A stretch of DNA of 64,000 nucleotides from Callorhinchus milii (taxonomy: Eukaryota), in assembly GCF_018977255.1 (NCBI RefSeq), contig NW_024704769.1, forward strand, positions 3,782,001-3,846,000, in the 5' to 3' direction. Below the pieces are notes generated by a model. That model searched no databases, was not told the DNA's origin, and saw only the letters and a program-made list of their open reading frames with translations. Of the stretch, positions 19,504 through 34,648 are shown in pieces (position 1 is the first letter of the stretch; each line of letters begins with the position of its first letter). The position numbers were made by a program, and so were the translations under genes.

Positions 19504-22500
19504 ATGGTGAGCGGAGCGGGAGGGAGGGGGCAGAGCGCGCGGGGGCCCGGGCCCGGGGCCTGCGCCGGAGGCTTCCCGCGGGGCTGCGTTCGTTTGCGCC
19601 TTCTCCGCGCTCTGGTGGTGACAGGCGCGGCGGGAGAAGGGAAGGGAAAGGGGGTATCCGCCGCCGCCGCCTCCACACACACACACCCACCACCACCGCG
19701 AGGAGAGGCGGAATATGTGTGTGGGGCGGCGGAGGAGAGAGGAAAGATGGCGGTTGAGCGGGAAACGCCAAAGCGCCGGTTGTCCGGTGCGGTCCGGTGG
19801 GTCGGTCGGTGCCGCTTTGTTTATTTGCGGCCGAGCAGAGACGCTCCGCTGAGGGAGAGGGAGGGCGGGAGGAGGTGGACAGACACTCCCGGGTGCGAGA
19901 GGTACCGGCTCCCGCGGCCTTTTTGCGGCCTGGAGTCGCCGCCGCCGTCGTCGTCGTCGTTGTTGTTTCCCTCCCGAGGGCTCCTCAGGACGTGGGCGAA
20001 AGGTGTCGTAGGGAGAGAGAGAGAGAGAGAGAGAGGGGGTAAAGGCTCACCACCGCCCGTGGCCATTTGCTTCTCTCTCTCCTTCACTCCCTCCTTCATC
20101 CCCCCCACCCCCTGTTGTCAGCAAAGTGGCGGGAAAACCCCATCCATCCTCCCGTCATTGAATCATCATCATCCTCCTCCTCATCATCCTCCTCCTCCTC
20201 TCCCCCCCATCACCATCATGGTGACCCGGCGCCTCGTCGAGTCGTCTCCGAGCGCTCCGCACGACACGCCGTTCGGTGTAGTGACTGTGTATTTTTGTGA
20301 ACGGTCGATGCCCAGAGTTGCCTTTCCCTCCACAAAAGCATACAACACCCCCTCTCTCTCTCTCTCTCTCTTCCTTTCCCTCCCGACCCCCTCACCCCCA
20401 TGTTGTGACCCGCAGACCCCTCACCGCTGGTTTGTACCCCCCCCCCACCCACCCACCCCCGGCGCAGGCGGAGTTTTTTTTTTGCAGCCGCCTGTGAAGG
20501 ACCCCGACCGCCCTCGGGTTCTTGTAAGGTGTACGTTATGTACTTTTCTTTAATTAAAAAAAAACACACCGCACACTTCTCTGATGATGACCCGCGCGTT
20601 TGCTACAGCGCCTTATCGCCTCGTTGGGACGCCTCGGAGCGCTCCGCAGGATATACTGTAAAGTGACGTTTGTGGGCGCAGATACGGCCTTCTCTCGGCT
20701 CGTCGGCCAGGTTCGCCTTTCACGTCATTAGCATTTTGCAGCCTTTTTTTGGGGGGAATATAAAAACTCTCGCCCTCCCACCTCCCCAGAAAGTCAAACT
20801 GTCATGTCAGCAAAGTTTAAACGTCCTTATTTTTAACACATTGGGTGGGGGGGGAAGCATATGTAAAGCAGACGCCTTAATTCAAAATCCCGTCTAGGGA
20901 GGGTGTTGTTTTGTTTGGTTTAGTGTTTCATGCAAAGGCTGCTGGAAGTTTATAATAGGGAGCCATTGCTGCAACTTGGATGTAAAGTGGACTTGTTTAT
21001 TGGGAGTGTCGAGAGATATTTTGGTGAGAAAGACAGAAATGGTTTGCGGTGTTCGCCAGTATTTGTAATAAAATATACAACTTAAGAGTTCGACTTGTGA
21101 GCATCGGGTTCCAGTAATGTTCTACTGAAAAGTCAGTAATGTTCTCCTGAATATCTTATTGAATTATATTGACATGCTCCTGACCTTGTGTGGAAGGGTA
21201 ATTTTGATGGAATTATTTTAAGATTCAGGGAGTGGTGTGTAAACATATGTGGAGTCGCTACTTGTAATTAATACCATTGTTTATTTGGAATATGGTTTTG
21301 CCCTATTCATTTGTATTTTGTAGACTGTCCAGATTAGAGTTGTATGGGATAGACTTTATTTTAACCCAGTCACTGTCGGATTAAGAATGCATTAGGACTT
21401 TTGTATAAAAGGTGTCCTATGAGTTCCCAATTAATTATATTAGAAAAGCCAGGATTGAGGATACAGTCCAGGAAGTTCTCAAGTTTAGTCTAACTAGTTA
21501 TGATATAAGGAAGAAATAAAGTAGAAAATAATGGAACGTGTTGAGTGCTTTGAAAAATTGGTTTCATAAACAACAACAACAACTTGCATTTATATAGCGC
21601 CCCTCACACAGGGTAGCGTCCCAGAGGAGATACAAGTGCAATATTTACCGGATAACAACTACAACAAGATTACGTTTGAATAGCGCCTTTCACATTGGGA
21701 GGACGTCCCAAGGCGCTGAAACCCTCTGACCACTGCATAAATATTCTCTGGTTTAAAATATCTCTTGGCAAGAACACTGTTGTGTGCAGATGAAAATTAC
21801 ATTGAGCTTGACCCGTTTGATAGTTTTGAAAAAGTATATTTTGAGGCTTATATCTTTGTCAAGATTTGGGCAAGAAGGCCTTACAGATGTACCTCTTCCC
21901 TATAGTACAGAACCTCCACATTGCGCCAATAAAAAGCTAAATGTCAGTGCTTTGGGCTCATAAATGTTTTTAAGTGTTAGCACATTGTGGCTGGCGTAGT
22001 ATTCTAAATTAATCTTCCTTGTAATTTGTATCAATTATAGATGTACAGTTTATCAAGAAACCCAACTTTTTTGGATTTCTTTGCTCTGAAATATAAATGT
22101 TCCGTCTTTCTATTTTACTATAGACACATCACTGTTTGCAACGACAGCGATTATTCAATGAAATATCTTGCTCGCTATCAAAACAGATTGCTTGATAAAG
22201 GTTACCAATTTGAGATGAGTTAGAAATCTATGTCTCGCGACTGATAGTTTCCACTTGTCTAATGGAGTAGTTTATTTCACCTGCGGATGTTGGGCTTGCA
22301 TTGGTTCTTTGTTATATGTGAAGAATGCATTCTTTATTTTCGTAAACAGGTTTTGATTTCTTTTTTTTAAGTTTATGGCAACAGCCACATCAATGCTGAA
22401 ATTTGTGACTGGATTATGGTTGCTGTGTGCAATTTGGAGATTTGCACACAGCAACCATGGTTTAGAGAGAAAGTAAAGTTTAGCTGATAGCCTCGTTATA

Positions 22501-25500
22501 GAATGAAATATAAAGTCGTCAAAATTTTGACGTGCGCAACTTTTCCTTTTACAGTAAAAATTATAAATGGATGTTTGTGCAGGTGTGAGAAGGTTTTTTT
22601 TNGTAGCAGTTTAATTTATCTTAATGGTCTGTATATTTTCACTCGACAGGCTGGCGGGAAAGCAGGGAAGGACTCGGGGAAGGCCAAGGCCAAAGCAGTT
22701 TCTCGCTCGCAGAGAGCAGGGTTACAGGTAAGGATATTGCGCAGATCAGCTCTGCGGAGTTTAGGCACTGTATCAACCATATTGAATCTACTACTTGTTA
22801 TAATAATCCCTCCAAAAAACAAAAACAATAATAAATTGGTCATTTTCAATCCACGACTGTTTGTGGGACATTGCTGTGCGCAATTGGCTGCCGCGTTCAC
22901 CCACAAATACAGTCAATTCAATTCACTTTGCAGTATATTCTGTGAAGCGCTTTGGGAAGTCCTCCCGACGTGAAAAGCGCTATATCAAATGCAAGGATTA
23001 TTATTATTATACTACAACAGAAAATACGGATCTGCTTTTGGGAGGCTCTTTTCATCTTGTTCTAGAGGTATTTTACACTCTTGAACTGCTATTCATTTCC
23101 ATATCTGCTTTTGGCAAAAGAAAAACGAAGGCTGTATCGTTAATAAGAGTTGTTCAGTTTTCTTTCTCTTTGCGATTTTGGCTTTGCTTTAGTATCCCAG
23201 TGGAGTGGGGAATTGGCATCCATTGCCCTAATCTATAGAGTTATAATCTGTTTTTCTTTCAGAAGCACATTGTAGGATCTCTTGATTTGTTTTCGATTCA
23301 AAGGTGTATCAGAATCCATTTACAATGACTTATTGTTTTTATTTATTCCTGAATGTCTCAATGCTTAATTACAGGTGGTTGTGAGTTGGTAAATATTTTA
23401 AGTGCAAGGCAATACTTCTGCAGTGATCTATGTTAATGTATTATTACTGATCTTGGCAACTAACGGTTTGGGAGATGCACTTATGTTCTTCGTGGTTCAG
23501 GAGTGCATTTTTAGGACCAACATTAATGATGCTACTTTGGACTATCTTTTCAATTCAGTTCGTCAGAAAATGGGGTTTACCTAAATAGAGTTGAATAATT
23601 ATACTGAACTAAATGATGACTTCTGTGTGCTGTATATGAAGGTAATAAACAAAACTAAACTTCAGCACGACTATTTATATGAATTACTATATCGGACTTA
23701 TTACTATTAATTCCCATATTCTCGAATTTAGTAATTTTAAAAAAAATGCACAGTGATAGCTGATCACAGTAGTACTGAAGCACTTATGTATCCTACTCTA
23801 TCCTAAATATGATGGATCATCAGAATGTTAATCTGGGTCTTGTTTTCATTTCTATTGGTCCCTCTGGATTATATTGTGTTTGTAACAAACTAATGAATAG
23901 GGTTCTCTAAGGATTGTGTTTTAATAGTTTATGTAATATAAATTCCAGACAAATAACATTGAATGTTATTCCCAGATTTACCTTTTGAATCGTTCCTCTC
24001 TGTTTCCACAATCGATTCTACACACATCTGTACCAAATATTTGTTCCTCAACAGCCCATCCATGTGGGTTTTGGAGCTGGGATTGATGTTGGTGACGTGC
24101 CTGTCAGACCGGGGTTCTAAAATCTGAACTCTATTCTGTATTCTTTCAATTATTGTCGGCTTTATAAACCGGTTCAGGAAACATTATTTAGTTAGTTTCA
24201 TTTAGATGTATTTAAAGTATTGACTGCTTGGTACACTTGAGCCCGTGACTGACTGTCTAATGGGTGCACTGAAATCTAAATGACAGTGTATCTAGTCCAT
24301 AGTATAGATGTGCAGTAGTGTGATTGCAAGTGGAGTGATAGAAGTTATAGCTTTTGTTGATGTGCTTTCTTTCTCAGTTTCCTGTGGGTCGTATTCACCG
24401 GCATCTGAAGACTCGCACCACCAGCCACGGCCGGGTGGGAGCTACAGCTGCAGTGTACAGTGCTGCTATCCTCGAGTATCTCACCGCTGAGGTGGGTGAT
24501 GGGATTTGCCTTCAGATTCTAACCTATAACAGAGGACAAGCACTTCAATTAACCTTATCCTCATGTGGAAGGGCTGAGAACTCTGACCTGTTTGATGTTG
24601 TGCCTTCCAAAAGGAAAATTGAGAGTCGTACAGCATTTCAACAATGTTTACTCGCGCAGCAGTGTTTCCATTAGACTTTACGTCTTGACCGAAAAGGACC
24701 AGTTGCACTGAAGTAAGGTTAATCTTGGTGTTTCCTCAGGTCTTGGAGTTGGCAGGCAACGCGTCAAAGGATCTGAAAGTAAAGCGCATCACACCACGTC
24801 ACTTGCAGTTGGCTATCCGAGGTGATGAAGAGTTGGATTCGCTGATCAAGGCAACCATTGCTGGTGGTGGTAAGTGTCCGCTCAACGCTGTGCTATTTAC
24901 ACAAGTTACTCTTGTGGATTAGGATGGACAGATCCTCTTATTTGTAGGATGTCAGGAGTTTATACGGCAATTTGAACGCGGGTCATTAATTTATTTAAAT
25001 CCTGAGGTTTTTTTTTGTGAGCGGTGGGGGAGTGATGCGGTGCAGAAAGTTGACGGGTTTGTTGCTCAGCTGTAGCTTGAACGGCATTGTGAATTAGCCC
25101 GAGTAACAGTAAACATCAGGTTATAGAACAATTTAAGCACCAATGCAGTAATGGACAAAACACCTGAATCTTGTTGGCCGTCTTGTTTTGGGCTTTGTTA
25201 CATCATTAGAATATCCACTGGGCTGCTCATTGGAACCAAGTCATGACATGCCATCAACTTGGGTTTTTAATGCTCGTTGGGAATGTAAGAGCTAGTGATG
25301 TGTTGACAGTGTTTGTTTGACAGTGCACAGATGGAATCTGATTCAGAATAACAATAAAAAAAATTGATGTGTGATCTTATTGAGGCTTTAAGATCTGTGA
25401 CGCATTTGATCTCTTCCCTAATCCAGAATGACAATACAATGTACTTTTCGCCTTTCAGTACCTCAATTAAATTTGACTTTATTCTTTAATATCTTGGACT

Positions 25501-27187
25501 AGAATCTCATCTACTTGCGAGGCAACTATCGCTGGCCTTCAACTGCTCTACTTTTAGTCCCATCAATTGATGTTCTGAATCTCAAAAGTTCTCAAAACTT
25601 TGATCATATTATTATTAGCTTTCTTCCTCCGAGGCTTCAAGTGTTGTCTGCTAATCTTTTCTTATACCTGGCCATCACTATGTTCTAATCAGCTAATGGC
25701 ACAGACGCAATCTCCTGTCCCACCATCATTAACTCCTTCTCGCAACTGAATGTGATCAGTTTTTATTTTGTTTGATATTTTGGGTGACTGCACTATTACC
25801 CTCAGTATTCCCAATCCCGGAGCTCAGCTTCAATGTTACAGCGGTGTACGTATAATAATGGCAATTAATCCTGCTTTAGTGCAGAATTTCAAATTAAAAT
25901 CAATTTTGGTGTAAATTGCTATTGGAGTTATCTAATTTGGGGTAATAATGCTACGCTCTTTGCGGTGGATTCCCATTGATACAATAATGAGCTGCTGTTT
26001 ATCTCCTGGGTCTATATACTGTTGCTCAGGAACATGCGCGACTAATGTCTCAGTCCTGTCGTTATTTTGCCTTGTTGTACAAATGGGTCTATTTGCAGAT
26101 AATAAATTACTCTGGAGACTGATGTTCATATTCTACGTTCAACTCCTAGTGCTTCACCTGATTTAGCTGTAGTTGGGGGTTGTAGTGTCAGTTTCTTTGA
26201 TTTTTTTAAAGTCTATTAGTTACAGTCCGTATTGCTTATTACATCAACTGATTTTTCTTAAGAGTAATATGGTTGTCTTAGCGCTGAAACAACAGGAAGT
26301 TATCACATTTGAGGCTTTCGTTATATTTATGTCTACAGCGAACACATTTTAGTCTGTGTGACTAATTGCCATTAAATGTTGCCACTAGATCTTACATTTC
26401 ATAGGAAGTACTGCTCTCCGTCATATGGTTTATGATCTAATAATCACACTATTATATCTCTGAAAAACATACAACACAGTAAATGTTCGCTATGTCCATT
26501 GGCATTAAGGCTGATCTGTCCGATAGTTCATACCAGGGCACACTGCTGATCAGGAGTTTAAAAAAACATTAATAGCAGTGAAACATTCAGAGGTGAGACT
26601 TCAGAGGCTTAAGCACTGTCCAGAAGAGTCCCTCATGATTTATTTTCATCTTGAAGTTGTTGGTAGAAATGTGGTTAAATTTGGAACTCCATCCCACAGT
26701 CCCTCCGCTTCGCTTCCTCGCTTCCTCCATTGCCTCCTTCAAAAATCTTATCTTCGACCGGGCCTTCACCCCTCCGGATCCCAACCCCTGGCTCGGGTCC
26801 AAATCTCTTGACTGTCCAGCGCCTTGGGATGTCCTGACGTGGAAGGCGCTGTTTGTGTACTTCTTGTTGTTTTAACATAGCTGTGGCTGAAGAAAAAGGG
26901 ATCATTTGCTATACAACAAATGCAAATTAAAATCCTAACCTAAATTGGTCGCTGAGTTCCCATAATAATAGCTGTTATTGTCCGGCTTTCTGTTGGTGTG
27001 GACGGATCTGAACCGAATGGCTGTTGACCTCCATGACCGTGGTGGGGGGTGGAATATTTTTGGAAGGAAGGAGTGAATGGCAAAGTTTGAGATCCTGGAT
27101 TTGATTGCGATGTTTCTGTTTGTAGGTGTGATTCCCCACATCCACAAGTCGTTGATTGGGAAGAAAGGACACCAGAAAACAGCATAA
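19504..27187 (+). CDS. H2AZ2: Histone H2A.Z.2 (H2AFV), 5 exons, 128 aa
   Basis: Exons 19504-19506 (ATG|gtgagc), 22650-22727, 24378-24491, 24740-24869, 27126-27187 (TAA). Z.2-diagnostic residues A14 (AKAKAV), T38 (LKTRTT) and terminal A127. Confidence 0.97.
22792..23012 (+). mobile_element. SINE family A young subfamily, 3' part, in H2AZ2 intron 2
   Basis: Matches 15120-15328 closely. Confidence 0.85.
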
Positions 27188-27449
27188 AGCTCAGTTTTGA
27201 ACCTACCCTCTTCCTCCCTCCTGTCGTACTGTAATTTGGACAGAAGAAACCTGGGGTTACTTGGCATATTTTTTTTAAAGAGTAGTTAAAGTAAACGGAA
27301 GAGTTTTAGGACATGACTTTTAGTGTTCAATTATAATCCAAAAGACATGTTTGTATGTCATGCAGTTTAGATTTGAAGCTGTATGCAAAATGTAACTAGA
27401 AAAATACAGCGATCTGTCAACAGCTAGGTTACACCAGTGTGTTTTATAC

Positions 27450-27548
27450 AATAAAACAGTTCATAAAAAAAACATTTTTTAAAAATCTGGTTTGCTGTGT
27501 GTCGTAAGTTTATTTCACAATGTGTTTCGTAAATTCTGCAATAATAAA
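27450..27548 (+). terminator. Two AATAAA signals for H2AZ2 (27450, 27543)
   Basis: Canonical hexamers 260-360 nt after the stop codon in an AT-rich 3' UTR. Confidence 0.65.
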
Positions 27549-29599
27549 AAAAAAATTCTCTTAACTGAAATGAGTGACTAAAGGCTTAAATGGGTCTCTG
27601 CACTTGACGGAAATTAAATCTCTTTAATGTTTTGTACGATGACTTCAACTTGCACTTTGTTTTATTTCACCTGATCGTCAGAACCAACGCTTTGGGTATA
27701 TAGGTCGTTGCGATCCTTTACATTTGCGTAACAAATTTGCATTGCGTGCGTTTTGCTTATGTGCCTCTGTGCTCCATTCCACCTCTGTGCTACTCTCAGC
27801 TCTCAGTAAGACCGTGGGGGGGTTCGAGCCATGGAGTGAGTGATTTTATTTGGGATCATCAGCCCCCCCCCAACATTAAAGGCGCTATACGAAATGTAAG
27901 GGTTATTATATCTTGTAGGGAATTGCTGCGTTTATTAATTTCACGCGGTGTAACGTGCTGACTGCTGCTTCCTGGACGATCCAGGAATTCTCGACCATTA
28001 ACAAACATCCGCCGTGTGTGCGTGTGGGGTGTCAAACACCCAACTGATGAGGATCCTCCTCTGTGCGGTGAGGGGTGTAAGAGGGGTTCCCGTGGAGCAG
28101 GTCACATTGGCTGACAAAAATGGGTTCAACGATGATGGTGGGAGTGGGGTGATGATCCCAAACAAAATCACTCACTCCATGGCTGTTTGTGGGACACTGT
28201 TGTGAGTAACCGCTGTGTTTCCCCCACAAAATACAGTCACTATAGACATTACAGTAAAATCCTGTGAAGTGTCCCCAACGATGTGATAGGAGGTGATATC
28301 AAATGCACATATCATGCTCTATGCACCAGATACAGCCAACAATAGGACGTGGTCTTTGGAGAGGAATTCTGACCTCTGTATTGATTGATTCCCTGTAAGT
28401 CTGCAACAGTTCGGCGTTTGACACAGCGCCTCACCAACGCTGCGCCTCAAAGGCTTCCCGGGTTATACTGTGAAGTGGTGTAACTGCGAGTTAAGTTGAG
28501 GGGGAAGGAGATAAGACGGAGGCTTTGGCTGTACGGGGACTGTGTGTCACGGATTTCTCTCTCCCAGTGTCGTGGCCGACTGCCCTCCCCCTCCAAATAA
28601 AACTGATTATCAGTTTCATGGTAGTGCACAATTGAACGTCGCTGTTAAGCGCTCCGAGGCGCTGCCCTGCGCGTGCGCGGTTGTTATTTGGACGTCTGAG
28701 CGGAGTTTGAGTGATGTGCTGCAGTGTTCAGATCCAGCACTAGATGCCGACATCCACCGCGTTTCATCAGAGCCCTTCTCGCAGCTCGTGCAGAGAGAGA
28801 GAGAGAGCGTCTCATTTTGCTGAGGAACAGCCTCTGCGCCGGTGCGACTGGTTTGTGAGTATTGAGAATTCTCAGCAACTTTTTTTTTAAAAAAAAGATA
28901 TCTCTTTTACTGTGGCAACGAGCGCTCTGGGGACGCCCCCTGTGCGATGGGCACTGTATGTATTAAATGCAATTTGTTTTATTCAGGAAACCCTCCCCAG
29001 GCCCGGTTTAAATACCCCGAAACGTTGGCGCAGAGGTGAAAAATGAAAGGAATCGGTGCGTTTTTTTTTTCTTTTTATTTGTTTTTTTTTCTAACCGGTT
29101 TTGGGGAAGGATTACCGTTCGGATTGACCTGCCCTTCCGCCGCAGGTCTTTGGCAAATCTTTTAACTTTGAACCATTTGAACACAGCCTGTGGATAACGG
29201 GGTGGGGAGGGGAGGGCGGGGGGGGTGGGGGGGGGTATGTTGCACACATTGACCACGAGGCGGGTTGTTGCACAAAGCGGCCACAAGGCGGCGCACGTTC
29301 AGAAGCCGCGTCGCTGTGGTCGTCGTCGTTGTTGTTGTTGTGCACAGTTCCCACAGGAAAATGCTGCGGAAAAACAAGACTCTGCCACACCAGGTTTTAT
29401 TCTGTTGGGATGCTGCGCGGACAGAGGGGGCTTTCGGAACGCAACCCACCCTGTGACAAACAGCACGAGTGACCCGGACTGCTTTCGCGCTCCCCCCCCC
29501 TCCCTCTCTCTCTCCGCCCCCCCCGACCCACCCACCGCACGGCTCTCAATTCCGCTCCCCGGTTACATATCCAGCGCCTCGGGATGTTGTCCACGGATA

Positions 29600-31370
<1,771 letters not shown>

Positions 31371-32669
31371 GGGGACCGACCGATCAGTGGAGACTCCAGC
31401 GAGACCTGCTTCACCCACAGACAGTGGCGGTGCCGAGCATAGTGCCTCTCTCTCTCACAATGTTCTCCTCACCCGCAGGAGCTCACGACTGCCTCCAAAC
31501 ACATCTGTTTAAACAAAGACACAGTGCGCAATTGGCTGACTGCGTTTCGCCCGCAAAATAGACAGTATGTTCTGTGAAGCGCCTTTGAGATGTCCTCCCA
31601 ATGTGAAAGGCGCTAAATCAAATGCAAGATTATTATTATTATAACGTGCATTTAAAATACAGGTCCTTCTCACAGAGTTGTGAGAGGCGAGAGAGACCGA
31701 GAGAGACTGAGTAGGACTAGGAGAGAGATGGAGACAGACGGAGATGTAGTTTCACAGCAGTCCTTACCCGGAGCGTTAATTGCCGTCTAATTACACAGGA
31801 GCTGATTATGGAGAGTTTTATATTGTGTGAAATCCAAGCCACCGTCTGCTGATGAGGATGTAAGCTGCCACTTCACTGGCATCTCAATGTTCACATCTCA
31901 CAACCGGGATGGGCTTAGCGACTGATCATAATCCAACAACAGAACTAAGCAAATAAACGGGAGAAGGTATTGGAGGGTAATAGCAGCGGGAGGTTGGAAT
32001 CACTGGAAAAAACATAACGGAGAATGTTGTTTGTGGGACGTTGCTGTGTGTAAACTGAGTGTACCTGCAAATACACAGACACTGCACTTCACAGTAAAAT
32101 CCTGTGAAGCGCTTTGAGACATCTTGATATTATTCCAATGATTATAGATAGAATGGGGGGGGGGCCTCTGTCAAGCTTGATGTGGCCCGAGTCTGACTTG
32201 CAGTGCCTCCTGGACATCAAGGAGTTAACGAGCGAGGAGCAGGATCCTGCCCCGACCCTTCCTCTCTCAGTGCTTGTGATTAGCTTTTGGTTGTCCCGGA
32301 CAATCTCAGCAATTAACCACACAATGGAGCTCATTAAATTTAATGTGAGCGACATGTCGATGCACTGTGACTGACTGCCTGCAGTCGCACCAGGAATGGG
32401 GACAGCTCTGCCCTACACACTGGATAAGAAGCTGGGAAATGAGAGATAATAATAATCCTTGCATTTGATATAGCGCCTTATCACGTCGTTGAGGGATTAT
32501 TAACCCCCCAAAGCGATCCGCCGATTGACTTAACAACCGGGTTCCTACCTACTGTTGGATGACAAGTGTGGGGAGTAAGGAAACTTGCCTGGGAATCGAA
32601 CTGAACCCGGGTCCTCTCGCTTGGGAGGCGAATGCTCTAACCACTACCCTGTAGGACTCCTCACAGGTA

Positions 32670-32925
32670 TATTGGCCCCAGAGAGGGAGTCCAGCGCAGA
32701 ATCACCAGGGCTTGAAGGGTTAAATTACGAGGACAGGTTGCGTAAACTTGGTCTGTAGTCTGTGAGTTTAGAGGGCTGGGGGTCCAGACTGAGGTGGAGA
32801 TGTTTGTTGGGGTCGGGATACGGGGTAAAGACGGGTAATTGGATTTGAGGTGCAGATCGGCCAGGATCTGATAGAATGGCGGAACAGGCTCGAGGGGCTG
32901 AATGGCCTCCTGTTCCTATTGCACA
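32670..32925 (+). mobile_element. CR1-type LINE 3' fragment
   Basis: Ends with aacaggctcgaggggctgaatggcctcctgttcct. Similar tails at about 5655-5760, 8060-8180, 59765-59892, 62835-63180 (+) and 2900-3075, 5075-5310, 58335-58395, 60690-61040 (-). Confidence 0.78.
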
Positions 32926-34434
32926 ATGAAGATACAGTGAGCTCACTCCCAGAATTCACTGTGCACCAGCTTTCCTGACCCAGATATTTCGAGAGAAGCC
33001 GGTTTGTACATTTAAATATTTCATGTGAATAATAATGAGAAGCTGCTGATGGGGAAGACGTCATTGGGGTGTGGCTCAACCGAGACCTTCAACCCCACCC
33101 CTTCTCTTTCCATCCATCCACCTCCCCCCCCCCCCCCCCCCCCACGGAGATTGAGCAGAATTCCCGGCTCAACCCTCCAGTGAGTGCCGTAGTGTAAAGG
33201 TTAGAGCCCTCCCCTCGGGGGCCGGAGGACCCTGGGCTCGATTCCCGGGTGGGACGGGGCGAAACCTTAGACAAGTTTCCTTACTCCACACACGCGCCTC
33301 TGTTTACAGCAGTGAGTAGGAACTCGGTTGGCGGATCGCTTTCCCGGGGGTAATCATCCCTCCCCCCCCACCCCCTAAAAAAAATGTGTTCACTTAATCC
33401 GCAAGTGATTGTGGGACATTGCTGAGCGCAATTGGCTGCTGCTTTCCCCAGGAATTGAGACGTCTCAATGTCACAATAAAGCACTGTACCAAATGCAAGG
33501 ATTATTATTATTTCTGCAGAGTGTAGTGACTGTGTATTGTACGTGTGAAACACGGCAGGTAATTGCCCGGGAATCAAACCCAGGTCCCCTCGCTTGCGAG
33601 GCGAGTGCCCTAACCACTAAGCTACGGAAATGTAATTCACGGCACAAACTGCCCTCGAAAATCGCACTCCAATCTCCATCTGCCAAGGCTGGTTCCTCGG
33701 GCAGAGCTGAGGTGAGAGGCCGTGTGTGTCCGTGGGTGTGTGTGGGGAGGAATCCAACACACTGAGCCGCACAATATACACAGCAAAACTGCCAACCATC
33801 TGTTCCCAGTGAGCGAAATACAGATGCCAGAGAGGAAGGCAGAAAGGGAGAGCGAGAGACAGAGAGAGCAGCGATATACAGTGTTGGTGGAGAGGGAGAA
33901 AGGGTGGAGGAAGGAGATGGGGATTTAATATAACACACAGTTTACATTTCTCTCTCACTCCCGTCATCGTAAAACACTGCGAGGTGTTATCGTATGTGAC
34001 GGCCGCTGTATAACTGGAGGTTGTTGTTAATAATAATAATAATAATCCTTACATTTGATACAGTGCCTTATCGCGCTGTAGAGACCTTCTGCCTTTGAGG
34101 CAGTGGAACAGTCCCAGCCCGGGTGTGAGCGTCGTGAGTGTTTGATGTGTTGGAGGCTGAGATTGACTCAGTAAAAGTAAATGATTTTACACAGACGGGG
34201 AGGCTAATAAACTGACTGATGCTGAGAAAGCCTAACGTCCTCAGAGAGCTGGGAACGAGGAGCTGAAATTGCTCTCAGTGGGTGTCCCTCAGCCAATTTA
34301 TTTAACGTTCTGTTAGCAAAGCTGTTCAGATGTGATAAATGTTGCTTTTAACACAGGCAAACGCAGGGCTCACTGCGATCTGTTTGCCAGAGCTGTTTAC
34401 TCTCGTTTCTCCTGCACCCCCTACTCTAAACTCC

Positions 34435-34648
34435 GCTCCCCCCATCACCCCAGCCCTCCCCCCAACACCCCAGCCCTCCCCCCCATCACCCCAGCCCTCC
34501 CCCCCATCACCCCAGCCCTCCCCCATCACCCCAGCCCTCCCCCCCATCACCCCAGCCCTCCCCCCATCACCCCAGCCCTCCCCCCATCACCCCAGCCCTC
34601 CCCCCCATCACCCCAGCCCTCCCCCCCATCACCCCAGCCCTCCCCCAG
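34435..34648. repeat. Minisatellite with a unit of about 20 bp (ccccatcaccccagccctcc), about 10 copies
   Basis: Tandem copies read directly; the array runs into an L2 fragment at 34648-34760. Confidence 0.9.

Larger units (their letters stand above)
18300..20700. promoter_or_regulatory. CpG island, probable bidirectional promoter of H2AZ2 and a divergent transcript
   Basis: Very high CpG and GC content. CCAAT boxes (ATTGG 19202, 19244), E2F motifs (19125-19132 minus, 19260-19267), CHR-like TTTGAA 19220, minus-strand donor sites at 18808 and 18362. Confidence 0.85.

Noticed and set aside
19486-20553. 355-aa ORF and overlapping 180-300 aa ORFs at 18805-19771
   Set aside because: Stop-poor GC-rich CpG island and simple repeats, overlapping H2AZ2 exon 1 and intron 1, with no domain content.
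27188-27560. Replication-dependent histone stem-loop
   Set aside because: None seen. The gene has introns and AATAAA signals, as expected for H2A.Z.
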